In this document: one piece after another, positions 38,053-46,873 of the stretch
Layout of the letters: each line of letters begins with the position of its first letter
Numbering within the stretch: position 1 is the first letter of the stretch
Source of the DNA: Candidatus Sumerlaeaceae bacterium
Lineage (GTDB): Bacteria > Sumerlaeota > Sumerlaeia > Sumerlaeales > Sumerlaeaceae
NCBI GenBank assembly: GCA_051003195.1
Contig: JBPCLP010000039.1
Span: 64,001-128,000, forward strand
Length of the DNA: 64,000 nucleotides
Reading direction: 5' to 3'
The notes under the pieces: generated by a model
Seen by the model: only the letters and a program-made list of their open reading frames with translations
What the model was told of the DNA's origin: nothing
The model's database searches: none
Program-made: the position numbers and the translations under genes

Positions 38053-40443
38053 ATGAAGATAATGAGCGACGCGATTCCGGGAAGTGACGCCAGGGTATTC
38101 CCGCCGCGGCCAAATGCGACGAAGAGCGGCATGTTCCACTTCGTCACGTTCGCGTTCTTCGCACTTTTATCGCTCATCGTTTCTTTCCTGCCCGGCGATA
38201 AACCAAACACCATTCCAACCCAGTATATCGCGCCGCTCGGTGCTCTCATGTTTGGTGCGCTTGCCCTGCATGGGTGGAAGCGCCTGCGGTCTGCCCGCAT
38301 CAGCTACGCGGCCGACGATAACGGCATATGGCGACTTGAGGATAACGCGAGCCGCGTTCAATGGACACAGATCGCCGACGTTCAGTTCGTTTACCCCATG
38401 GGCGTGGACGAGCTTCGGATAGATCTGATGGACGCCAGCGGGCGCAAGTTGATGGTGATTCGCACCGAGATGCTCGTCCGCGGCGGACAGACTCTCGTCG
38501 AGGAACTCTTCCGCCACCTCAGGCCGCTGCTTGAAACGAAGGCCCGCGATTACCTCTCCGGCGAAAAGCGATGGGGAATCGCAGGATTGAAAAACATGAT
38601 GCGCATCGATGGCGAAATGCTGTATACCGAATACCCGGCTGGAAAGAAACAGGCGATTCCACTGCGCAGCATTTCGCGTGTCGAATGGATTCCGGGCGCT
38701 GTCTCAGGTGCGAAAAAAGGATTTGTAACGATCCACCACAGCGGGGGGCACGCCGAGCTGCCGCAATTCATCCAGGGTATGCAGCTCTTCCTGTTCGCGC
38801 TGAAGTACATGTGCGGCCTCGGCGACCGTGTAAACCCGCAGGTGTCCGAGGATATCACGCGCCGGGTCGACACGGTTCGCTCATCGCAATTCTGGGTTGT
38901 GGTCGGGCGCATCAGCGGCATCGGCCTGATCATTGGCACATTGTTCCTTTTTGGAAGGATTGTCCTCGACCGGGTGGATGAAAGTAGCGCCAGGAACATG
39001 GGAGTTCCGGCCACGGCAGAAATTACCCGGAAAAGAGAATCCGGAATCCACGTACGTTATGTGGACGAAGCCGGCAAGCAGCACGAAACGCCGTCGCGCA
39101 TCAAAAAGACGGCTGACGCGACGCTCCAGGTTGGTGACCAACTGCGCATCCGCTATAACCCCGAAAAGCAGGACGCGATCTGGTTTTCTGAGAAGTACGA
39201 ATTTGGCAGGACGTTCTGGCTGGTGCTGTCGAGCGGCTGCCTTTCCGCAATCATCCTTGGCATTGTACTTCTCGTGATGAGCTCCCGAAAACAGCGGCGG
39301 GATAAAGAACGCATCGAGCAGATTGAAATGCCCACCGTGGCTGCGCCTCCTCCGCTGCCCGCTCTAACTCCACCTCCCATTCCGTTCAACGGAACAGTAG
39401 CCGCACCGATGACAGCAGGCACAGACAATAGTGCGGTCGGCAGTGCGCCTCGAACATGCACTTCGTGTGGCAACGCAATCCACGGAAGTTATTATCTTGC
39501 GGACGGCAAACCCTATTGCCCGGCATGTCGCGCGACGGCTTCCGTGGGCCTGAACAAACCTTCGAAAGGCATTCTGTTGAAGGCGTTCGCATTTGGCCTG
39601 CTTGGCGGAATTGTCGCAGGAGGATTATGGGCCATTGCAACGCTCATGACCGGCTACGAGCTGGGTATCGTGGCAATCTTCGTGGGTTTGACGGTCGGAC
39701 TTTCGGTCAAGCGCGGAGCACGCGGCTACAGTGGACGCTCGCTGCAGGTCCTCGCACTGATTCTCACCTTGTTCGCGCTTTCCTACGCGATGATCCCGAT
39801 TATGATCGTCACGGTTCGCAAGAATCCCGAGCTGATGGAAAAAGCTCGTGAGACCTGGTCGCGCGCAACGGGTGAGGACGAAGACGAGGAGCAGGAGGTG
39901 GAGGAATTACGGGCAATGCTCACGGCGCAGCGCGGGACAACGTCGACGCAGGCCTTCGCATCCAGGCGAAGCATGGCGGAGGATGATTCGGGGACATCGG
40001 CGGCCCGGGCCCGCGTTGAAAAGAGCGATGAAGTTGTCGAAGCGGATGAGAACAGGCCCGACTCATCCACGCCTGGGAGCCAGGATAAGCGTTCGTCGCG
40101 AATCCTGTTCATGCGAAGCGACGGCACATCCGTCACACTCCACACAACCGAGTCGCTGGCGCAGCTGATTGCAGAGAATCGCGACGATGAGCCGAAGGAG
40201 TCCATTGGTTGGTCGATTGCCAAACTCATTGGTTTGCTTCTACTGGGGTTCGTCGCACTGATATTTGGACCTGTTGTCATTTACCTGATGATCCTGTTTT
40301 CGTCGCCTTTCTCGGCGCTCTTTTTAGCGATCGCGCTGTGGGAAGCGTGGCGCATTAATCGACCGGTGAAGCGCACGTTTGTCGGCCCGTATACGGACGA
40401 TGTTGGCATCAATTTCGACAAGGCGGATTTTACCAGGGGATGA
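38053..40443 (+). CDS. Multi-domain membrane protein (bPH-like, DUF3592-like, CxxC..CxxC zinc finger, multi-TM C-terminus)
   Basis: Several TM groups; VGD.L.IRYNP.K; Pro-rich linker; CTSC..YC.AC. Confidence 0.65.
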   Translation: MKIMSDAIPGSDARVFPPRPNATKSGMFHFVTFAFFALLSLIVSFLPGDKPNTIPTQYIAPLGALMFGALALHGWKRLRSARISYAADDNGIWRLEDNASRVQWTQIADVQFVYPMGVDELRIDLMDASGRKLMVIRTEMLVRGGQTLVEELFRHLRPLLETKARDYLSGEKRWGIAGLKNMMRIDGEMLYTEYPAGKKQAIPLRSISRVEWIPGAVSGAKKGFVTIHHSGGHAELPQFIQGMQLFLFALKYMCGLGDRVNPQVSEDITRRVDTVRSSQFWVVVGRISGIGLIIGTLFLFGRIVLDRVDESSARNMGVPATAEITRKRESGIHVRYVDEAGKQHETPSRIKKTADATLQVGDQLRIRYNPEKQDAIWFSEKYEFGRTFWLVLSSGCLSAIILGIVLLVMSSRKQRRDKERIEQIEMPTVAAPPPLPALTPPPIPFNGTVAAPMTAGTDNSAVGSAPRTCTSCGNAIHGSYYLADGKPYCPACRATASVGLNKPSKGILLKAFAFGLLGGIVAGGLWAIATLMTGYELGIVAIFVGLTVGLSVKRGARGYSGRSLQVLALILTLFALSYAMIPIMIVTVRKNPELMEKARETWSRATGEDEDEEQEVEELRAMLTAQRGTTSTQAFASRRSMAEDDSGTSAARARVEKSDEVVEADENRPDSSTPGSQDKRSSRILFMRSDGTSVTLHTTESLAQLIAENRDDEPKESIGWSIAKLIGLLLLGFVALIFGPVVIYLMILFSSPFSALFLAIALWEAWRINRPVKRTFVGPYTDDVGINFDKADFTRG

Positions 40444-41462
40444 GTACACGTTGTCCTGCATGCGAGGTTGAACATGACGAGGGGACGCTGGTCTGCAGCC
40501 GGTGTGGTACTCTCATATGGCGCGACCGACTGGCTGAACTGTTCCGTGAAAGCCGCGACGCGGAAGCGGCTCGGGAATATGAAGGATCCCTGAAAGCACT
40601 GGCGGAATGCGCGACGCTGCTGCCGCCTGACACGCGCCAGCACGCGCAAATTCAATCCGAAATTCAGCGGGTTGGGCATCTCTACAGCACGCAGCCGCGC
40701 GAGCTGAACCAGGCGTCGCTGGTTTCCCCTGAAATAGACGGGCTTCAGAATGCATCGGGCGGGAATTTCATGCGGGGCGCGGCGAGAAGCATGGGCCGGG
40801 GTCTCACGCGGCCATCCACTCTGATCTCACTGGCCATCTGGACGGCCTGTTTCTCACTGTTGATGGGATGGCAAAAAGCGCTGGTGTTCGGGCTCTTTAT
40901 TTACGTCCATGAAATGGGCCATCTTCTCGCGATCCAGTATTACGGCTATCGCTTCGCGTGGCCGGTCTTCGTGCCTTTTCTCGGCGCGTTTGTTCTCCAG
41001 GGAAAGCACAGCGAAGACCGCCGTCAAAACATCATCATCGCTGCGGCAGGCCCGCTCGCAGGCAGCATCGCGAGCGGCCTGGTTTACATCGGGGTGCAGC
41101 TTTTTCCCGGCTCGCCTCAATGGCTGATTGAGGTTACAAACTTAAACCTCATCATCAATTTTGTAAACCTGTTACCCATCTGGGTGCTTGATGGTGCCCG
41201 CATCGCGAACCAGCTGACGAGGCGGCAGCTCGTGGCGGCCGCCATTGCGCTGGCAGTGCTCGCCGCAGCGAACTTTAATGGCTTTGCCTTTCTAATGGCA
41301 GCAGGATGGGTGGTGGGTACCGTTGCGATCTGGAACACCTTCGCGCTCCGGCACTCGCGTGCCACAACTTCGCAGAAAATCGCCGGCCCTTACGCGATGG
41401 TCATCCTCCTGCTGCTTGTACTGGCATACACGTGCAAGCTCGTGTCGCCCGCCGCGCAGTAG
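40440..41462 (+). CDS. Site-2 protease (M50) with N-terminal zinc ribbon
   Basis: CPAC..CSRC; HEMGH; AAAGP; NLLPIWVLDG; ATGA coupling. Confidence 0.88.
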   Translation: MSTRCPACEVEHDEGTLVCSRCGTLIWRDRLAELFRESRDAEAAREYEGSLKALAECATLLPPDTRQHAQIQSEIQRVGHLYSTQPRELNQASLVSPEIDGLQNASGGNFMRGAARSMGRGLTRPSTLISLAIWTACFSLLMGWQKALVFGLFIYVHEMGHLLAIQYYGYRFAWPVFVPFLGAFVLQGKHSEDRRQNIIIAAAGPLAGSIASGLVYIGVQLFPGSPQWLIEVTNLNLIINFVNLLPIWVLDGARIANQLTRRQLVAAAIALAVLAAANFNGFAFLMAAGWVVGTVAIWNTFALRHSRATTSQKIAGPYAMVILLLLVLAYTCKLVSPAAQ

Positions 41463-41611
41463 TCCGGGCTATGGCGACACAACAGGGGTCGTCGCTTGCT
41501 CAGGATGCGGCTTCCCTAAATGGACCGCCGCTTAAATACGCCTTCAAAGCCAGTTTTGGTTGAATCCTTCGACCCCGGCTGTGCTAGTTATTCCCCGGTG
41601 AATGACGCAAT

Positions 41612-44446
41612 ATGAACAACGGGTCGGCGCTCGCGCAGAACGCTGAATATCTTGAACAGAACTACCGGGCGTGGAAGCGCGATCCAGCCAGTGTAGGGCC
41701 GGAACTGGCACATTTTTTCGAAGGTTTCGAGTTTGCGCAGACCGACTGCGCACTGATGGGCGAAAGTTGCAGACAGCAAAGCGCCGTCGATAGCCTCGTT
41801 TATCACTTTCGCGATATTGGACATCGAATCGCGCAGATCAATCCGTTGGGAGACAATCCCGCCTCGCACCCGGAACTGGAGCTCAGCTCCTTTGGTCTGA
41901 CAGAAGAGGATCTCGATCATACTTTCGATTCCAACCACATCCCGGGGTTCGACAGCACGCCGCTCCGCGCGATCATCGCGCACCTGAAGGAAACCTACTG
42001 TGGCTACATCGGCGTCGAGTACATGCATATCCAGGAAACCGTCGAGCGCCGTTGGCTGCAGGAGCGTATGGAGGGCACCCGCAACCGGCCGAACTTCACC
42101 CACCAGGAGCACATGCGGATCCTGTGGAAATTGCAGAAGGCCGAGATGTTCGAGCAATACCTTCAGCAGACCTACCGTGGGCAGAAGCGGTTCAGCCTGG
42201 AAGGCGCGGAGACTCTGATTCCGGCACTGGATCGACTGGTGGAGTGTGCGTCGCGACAAGGAATTGTAGAAATTGTTTTCGGCATGGCGCATCGCGGACG
42301 CTTGAATGTGCTGGCCAACATCATTGAAAAAAGCTACGACGAAATCCTTGGGGAGTTTGAAGACAACTTCCAGGTCGATACCGCGCACGGGGACGGCGAT
42401 GTAAAGTACCACAAGGGCTTCGCCAAGGACATGATGATCAGCGGCAGACCGATGCACCTCAGCCTGACTGCAAACCCAAGCCATCTCGAAATGGTCGGAC
42501 CTGTTGTCGAAGGTAAAGTGCGCGCGAAGCAGGCGCTGCGGGGCGACAAGGACCGCAAGACGGTTCTGCCGTTTATTATCCACGGCGACGCCGCATTCGC
42601 CGGCCAGGGAATGGTGGCCGAGACATTCAATCTCGCGCAGCTGAAGGGCTACCGCACGGGCGGAACCATTCACTTTGTGATTAACAACCAGGTCGGCTTC
42701 ACCACGACCGCAGTGGACTACCTGAGTGGCCTCTACTGCACCGACGTTGCCAAGATGATGGCACTCCCGATTTTCCACGTAAACGGCGACCACCCCGAGC
42801 ACGTGCTCCATTGCATGGACATGGCACTGGATTACCGCCAGAAGTTTGGCAAGGACGTGGTCATCGACATGTGGTGCTACCGGCGCCAGGGCCACAACGA
42901 GGGCGATGAACCCAGCTTCACACAGCCGCTGCTGTATGAGCGCATCCGCAAACACCCGGCCGTCGATGAAATTTATGCGGCAGAGTTGAGCGCGCGCGGC
43001 GAGGGCGCGAAGGAAGAGACGAGCGGACTCGTTGAGGATTTTGAACGACGCCTGGAAGAGGCACGCCGTCAGGCCGCAGAGCCACCACGCCGCCGCGACG
43101 AGGACGATATGCTCCTCGGCGGTCACTGGCACCGGCTGAAACGCGGGTACGATCACACGCTTGTTGAGACCGCCGCCAGTGTCGCGGATCTCCGACGGGT
43201 TGGCGATACTCTCGCCGACATACCGGACGGACTTAATGTCCATCGCGTGCCACGGCAGCAGATGGAGAACATTCGCAAATCCGTCTACGGTGATGGCGCT
43301 CTGCGATGGGCTGAGGCGGAACTGCTGGCTTTTGGCACGTTGCTCATCGAGGGAACCGGGATCCGACTTTCAGGTGAGGACAGCGGACGCGGTACATTCA
43401 GCCAGCGCCACGCTATCATGTACGATCAGAAGACCGGCGAGAAGTTTATCCCGCTCACCAAACTTGCCGGCCCGCAATCACCCTTCTGCTGCTACGACAG
43501 CAGCCTGGCCGAACTGAGCGTGCTCGCGTTCGATTACGGCTACTCCCTCGGCGATCCCAGCAAGCTGATCATGTGGGAGGCGCAGTTCGGCGACTTCGCC
43601 AACGGCGCCCAGGTAATTATCGACCAGTTTATTGCGGCCGGAGAAAGCAAATGGGGCCGAATGAGCGGCATCGTGCTGCTGCTTCCCCACGGCTATGAGG
43701 GGCAGGGACCCGAGCATAGCAATGGTTGGTTACGTCGGTATCTCACTCTCTGCGCAGAACAGAACATGCAGGTAGTCAACGCGACAACACCCGCGCAGTA
43801 TTTTCACCTGCTGCGGCGGCAGGTGAAGCGAAGCTTTCGCAAGCCGCTCGTGGTGATGACACCCAAAAGCCTGCTGCGCCGCCCCGGCGTCACCAGCACC
43901 GTGGATGAGCTCTCACAAGGTACGTTCAGCGAACTGCTGGATGACCCGCGCGGCATCGAGAATCCACGCCGCGTTCTTTTCTGCAGCGGCAAAGTCTATT
44001 ATGACCTCATGGATAAACTGACGGCCGACAACAATGGCGACGATATCGCCATTGTTCGGGTCGAGCAGCTTTACCCCTTCCAGCTGGACATGTGGGGCGA
44101 CATCGCGGATAAGTACGAGAACGCGAAAGAATGGGTATGGGTGAGTGAAGAGCCCAGCAATTTCGGCGCATGGCAGTTCATGCGCCAGCACCTGGAAACG
44201 CTCTATGATAACGACATCTGGTACGTTGGGCGCGCTCGCTCCGCCAGCCCTGCCACGGGTTCGAAAAAGTTCCACGACCGCCAGCAGGAGCTGCTGGTGA
44301 GCTACGCCCTGCAGCATGGCCCGCTTTCCGCAGAATTGGTTGACGGCGTTTCCGTGTTCGCCCGAGGTGACGATTTATGGCACATGAAATCAAGGTCCCG
44401 CCGGTCGGTGAGTCGGTCAGCGAAGGCACCATCGCACAGTGGCTGA
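41612..44446 (+). CDS. sucA: 2-oxoglutarate dehydrogenase E1
   Basis: KRFSLEG, GMAHRGRLN, GDVKYH, HGDAAFAGQG, WEAQFGDF, LPHGYEGQGPEHS. Confidence 0.95.
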   Translation: MNNGSALAQNAEYLEQNYRAWKRDPASVGPELAHFFEGFEFAQTDCALMGESCRQQSAVDSLVYHFRDIGHRIAQINPLGDNPASHPELELSSFGLTEEDLDHTFDSNHIPGFDSTPLRAIIAHLKETYCGYIGVEYMHIQETVERRWLQERMEGTRNRPNFTHQEHMRILWKLQKAEMFEQYLQQTYRGQKRFSLEGAETLIPALDRLVECASRQGIVEIVFGMAHRGRLNVLANIIEKSYDEILGEFEDNFQVDTAHGDGDVKYHKGFAKDMMISGRPMHLSLTANPSHLEMVGPVVEGKVRAKQALRGDKDRKTVLPFIIHGDAAFAGQGMVAETFNLAQLKGYRTGGTIHFVINNQVGFTTTAVDYLSGLYCTDVAKMMALPIFHVNGDHPEHVLHCMDMALDYRQKFGKDVVIDMWCYRRQGHNEGDEPSFTQPLLYERIRKHPAVDEIYAAELSARGEGAKEETSGLVEDFERRLEEARRQAAEPPRRRDEDDMLLGGHWHRLKRGYDHTLVETAASVADLRRVGDTLADIPDGLNVHRVPRQQMENIRKSVYGDGALRWAEAELLAFGTLLIEGTGIRLSGEDSGRGTFSQRHAIMYDQKTGEKFIPLTKLAGPQSPFCCYDSSLAELSVLAFDYGYSLGDPSKLIMWEAQFGDFANGAQVIIDQFIAAGESKWGRMSGIVLLLPHGYEGQGPEHSNGWLRRYLTLCAEQNMQVVNATTPAQYFHLLRRQVKRSFRKPLVVMTPKSLLRRPGVTSTVDELSQGTFSELLDDPRGIENPRRVLFCSGKVYYDLMDKLTADNNGDDIAIVRVEQLYPFQLDMWGDIADKYENAKEWVWVSEEPSNFGAWQFMRQHLETLYDNDIWYVGRARSASPATGSKKFHDRQQELLVSYALQHGPLSAELVDGVSVFARGDDLWHMKSRSRRSVSRSAKAPSHSG

Positions 44447-45744
44447 AGGCTGACGGCGATTCCGTCACCAAAGGTGAAAACCTCGTCGTACTCGATACCG
44501 AGAAAGCTTCCCAGGACCTGCAGGCGGAGTTCAGCGGCAGGCTGAAGATTCTTGTTCCCGCCGGCAAGGATGTGAAAATCGGCGAAGTGATCGGGTCGAT
44601 CGACGAAGACGGCGCGGACGCAGGCGCATCAAGTTCCAAAACAGTTGCCGAAAAGTCAGTGGGCCAAACGAGCGCGGCAGCGACTCCGGCTGCAAAGAGC
44701 GCTACCGAGGGCGTTTTCCCTCAAGGCAGTCCCAACGCCGCTCAGCAGCCGCTCCATGTTGCCGCGCCGCAGCCCCAAAGCGGCACCATGCAACCGAAAG
44801 ACCAGGTTCCCACGGCAGAAGCAAAAGCGGCGGCAGCAGAGGGACGTCCCCCTGTCGCTCCCGAGCAGGGCGAAAAAGTAGCATCGCCGGGGGCAGCAGC
44901 TGAAGCGAAGGCAACCATGAACCGCACCGCGCCGTGGTCCTTTCCCTCGCAGTTAATCACTCCACCGAAGCAGGACTCAACGCCCGAAGGTGGCGCACAG
45001 CCGAAAATTGCCACAGACGCGCAGCCGGCGCAGGCCGAGGGCACACAGCCCGAGACGCGCGAGCCCATGAGCCGGATGCGCCGCACCATTGCGACGCATC
45101 TGCTTAAAGCCTCGCAGGAAACGGCCATGCTGACAACCTTCAGCGAAGTCGACATGTCTGCCGTGATGGCATTGCGCTCGAAGCATCAGGATGCCTTTGT
45201 TAAGAAGCACGGCATCAAGCTTGGCTTCATGAGCTTTTTTATGAAGGCGTGTACCGATGCGCTGCAGAAATTCCCGCTCGTCAACGCAAGCATCGACGGC
45301 AACGACGTGATCTATCACCACTACGTGAACATCGCCGTGGCGGTAAGCACCGAACGCGGTCTCGCGGTTCCGGTCATTCGCGACGCACACGACAAGAGTT
45401 TCGCAGACCTGGAAAAAGAACTCGCGTCGGTCGCAGAGCGTGCGCGCAGCGGTCGTATATCGCTCGACGAGTTAAAAGGCGGCACATTCACCATAACTAA
45501 CGGCGGCGTTTTCGGCAGCATGATGAGCACGCCGCTTATTAATCCGCCGCAGGTTGCTATTCTTGGCATGCACACGATACAGGAACGCGCGGTGGTTCTC
45601 GACAAAAAAGTCGAAGTGCGACCGATGATGTACCTCGCGCTAAGCTACGATCACCGCCTCATCGATGGCAAGGAAGCCGTACAATTCCTCATTCATGTGC
45701 GCGACCACGTGGCCGCGCCCGAGCGGCTGCTGCTGGGACTGTGA
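44377..45744 (+). CDS. sucB: Dihydrolipoyl succinyltransferase E2
   Basis: Lipoyl domain (VP.VGESVSEG..DTEKA), AMLTTF.EVDM, LSYDHRLIDG. Confidence 0.93.
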   Translation: MAHEIKVPPVGESVSEGTIAQWLKADGDSVTKGENLVVLDTEKASQDLQAEFSGRLKILVPAGKDVKIGEVIGSIDEDGADAGASSSKTVAEKSVGQTSAAATPAAKSATEGVFPQGSPNAAQQPLHVAAPQPQSGTMQPKDQVPTAEAKAAAAEGRPPVAPEQGEKVASPGAAAEAKATMNRTAPWSFPSQLITPPKQDSTPEGGAQPKIATDAQPAQAEGTQPETREPMSRMRRTIATHLLKASQETAMLTTFSEVDMSAVMALRSKHQDAFVKKHGIKLGFMSFFMKACTDALQKFPLVNASIDGNDVIYHHYVNIAVAVSTERGLAVPVIRDAHDKSFADLEKELASVAERARSGRISLDELKGGTFTITNGGVFGSMMSTPLINPPQVAILGMHTIQERAVVLDKKVEVRPMMYLALSYDHRLIDGKEAVQFLIHVRDHVAAPERLLLGL

Positions 45745-45887
45745 TGTCGAGTAATCGCGGGCTGAGCATCTGGCTGGCCGTTCTGGGCTTCGTGGTCGGT
45801 CTTTTGGGCCTGGTGTTCAGCCGGCCGAATGAACTGGAGGCTGCCCAAATAGAAACCGACGACCCGTCCCTCGCTGAGGGTGCATAG
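45744..45887 (+). CDS. Unannotated 47-aa single-TM protein
   Basis: TGATG coupling to the sucB stop; MSSNRGLSIWLAVLGFVVGLLGLVFSRPNELEAAQIETDDPSLAEGA. Confidence 0.55.
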   Translation: MSSNRGLSIWLAVLGFVVGLLGLVFSRPNELEAAQIETDDPSLAEGA

Positions 45888-45914
45888 GCCGACAAAGAGG
45901 ATGTACTGGAAGAT

Positions 45915-46133
45915 ATGGCAAGCCTTGTGGATACGTGGCCGAGGATCGAGAAATCGACAGTCTCTTTCGCAAAGCTCGGCGAGACGTCTGACGAGCCGGC
46001 GTATTGGGCTGCGAAGACTCCGCAAGAGCGACTTGCAGCACTTGAATTAATGCGACAGGTTGTGTACGGCTATGATCCAGCTACCGCCCGACTTCAGAGA
46101 GTTTTTGAGGCTGTTACAACAGCATGGCGTTGA
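45915..46133 (+). CDS. Small protein partnering a nucleotidyltransferase (putative antitoxin)
   Basis: YW..KTP.ERL.ALE.MR...YGYD....RLQR; overlaps the NTase gene. Confidence 0.65.
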   Translation: MASLVDTWPRIEKSTVSFAKLGETSDEPAYWAAKTPQERLAALELMRQVVYGYDPATARLQRVFEAVTTAWR

Positions 46134-46518
46134 GTATCTGCTGGTCGGTGGCTATGCTGTCGCCTATTATGGTTATCCGCGGGCCACGATCGATTTAGAC
46201 ATTTGGATTCCGCCGCGAATTGACAATGCGGCAAAAGTAATCAACACGTTGGAGGAGTTTGGCTTTAGCGATCCAGGCGTAACGCCAGAATTTCTGTGCC
46301 GCGAAAATCAAATGCTTCGAATGGGCGTACCACCGCTACGGCTTGAGCTCATGAACTCTGTCTCTGGGTTGCGCTTTGAAGACAGCTATCGCCGTCGTGT
46401 CCTGGCTGAAATCGACGGCGTACTAATCTGTCTTGTAAAGCTTGAGGATCTTATCGTGAACAAGCGCGCGAGTAATCGACCCAAGGACCAGAATGATCTG
46501 CTCAACTTACCAAGCTAG
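46072..46518 (+). CDS. Minimal nucleotidyltransferase-family protein
   Basis: VGGYAV..YG.PR.T.DLD; NKRA..R.KD..D. Confidence 0.8.
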   Translation: MIQLPPDFREFLRLLQQHGVEYLLVGGYAVAYYGYPRATIDLDIWIPPRIDNAAKVINTLEEFGFSDPGVTPEFLCRENQMLRMGVPPLRLELMNSVSGLRFEDSYRRRVLAEIDGVLICLVKLEDLIVNKRASNRPKDQNDLLNLPS

Positions 46519-46521
46519 CAC

Positions 46522-46860
46522 CTAAGGCCACTCGTCTATACCACGATGCAGATGACCTTGCCGCTTGCGACCTTGCAGGTTTTGCTCCAGCCACACGATT
46601 GTCGAATCCTCGAGTACTTCCACGAGCTCGTGCTCCTGTCCCGGCATCGTGAGCAATACCTCGTTCGGACCTAATTCGAATTCTGCGCCATCCAGTTTGC
46701 CCCTGATCCGCCCCTCTACCATCATCCACAGCTCTTCGCCATCATGGAAGTGTGCTTCCACCGGATTGTTTGTTCGCGCTTTGTACCGCGCGACTCCGTA
46801 GCCAGCGATCTTCGCCGCTTCAGGAAAATTCCTCAGTTTGTCACCACGAATGATCGGCAT
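46522..46860 (-). CDS. Cupin-domain protein
   Basis: HFHDGEE...MVEG and PG..H motifs. Confidence 0.8.
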   Translation of the reverse strand: MPIIRGDKLRNFPEAAKIAGYGVARYKARTNNPVEAHFHDGEELWMMVEGRIRGKLDGAEFELGPNEVLLTMPGQEHELVEVLEDSTIVWLEQNLQGRKRQGHLHRGIDEWP

Positions 46861-46873
46861 CGCTGAACTGGGA

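Noticed and set aside
41588..43243. 551-aa minus-strand ORF and similar long antisense ORFs elsewhere
   Set aside because: Shadow frames of well-supported genes such as sucA, expected in GC-rich DNA
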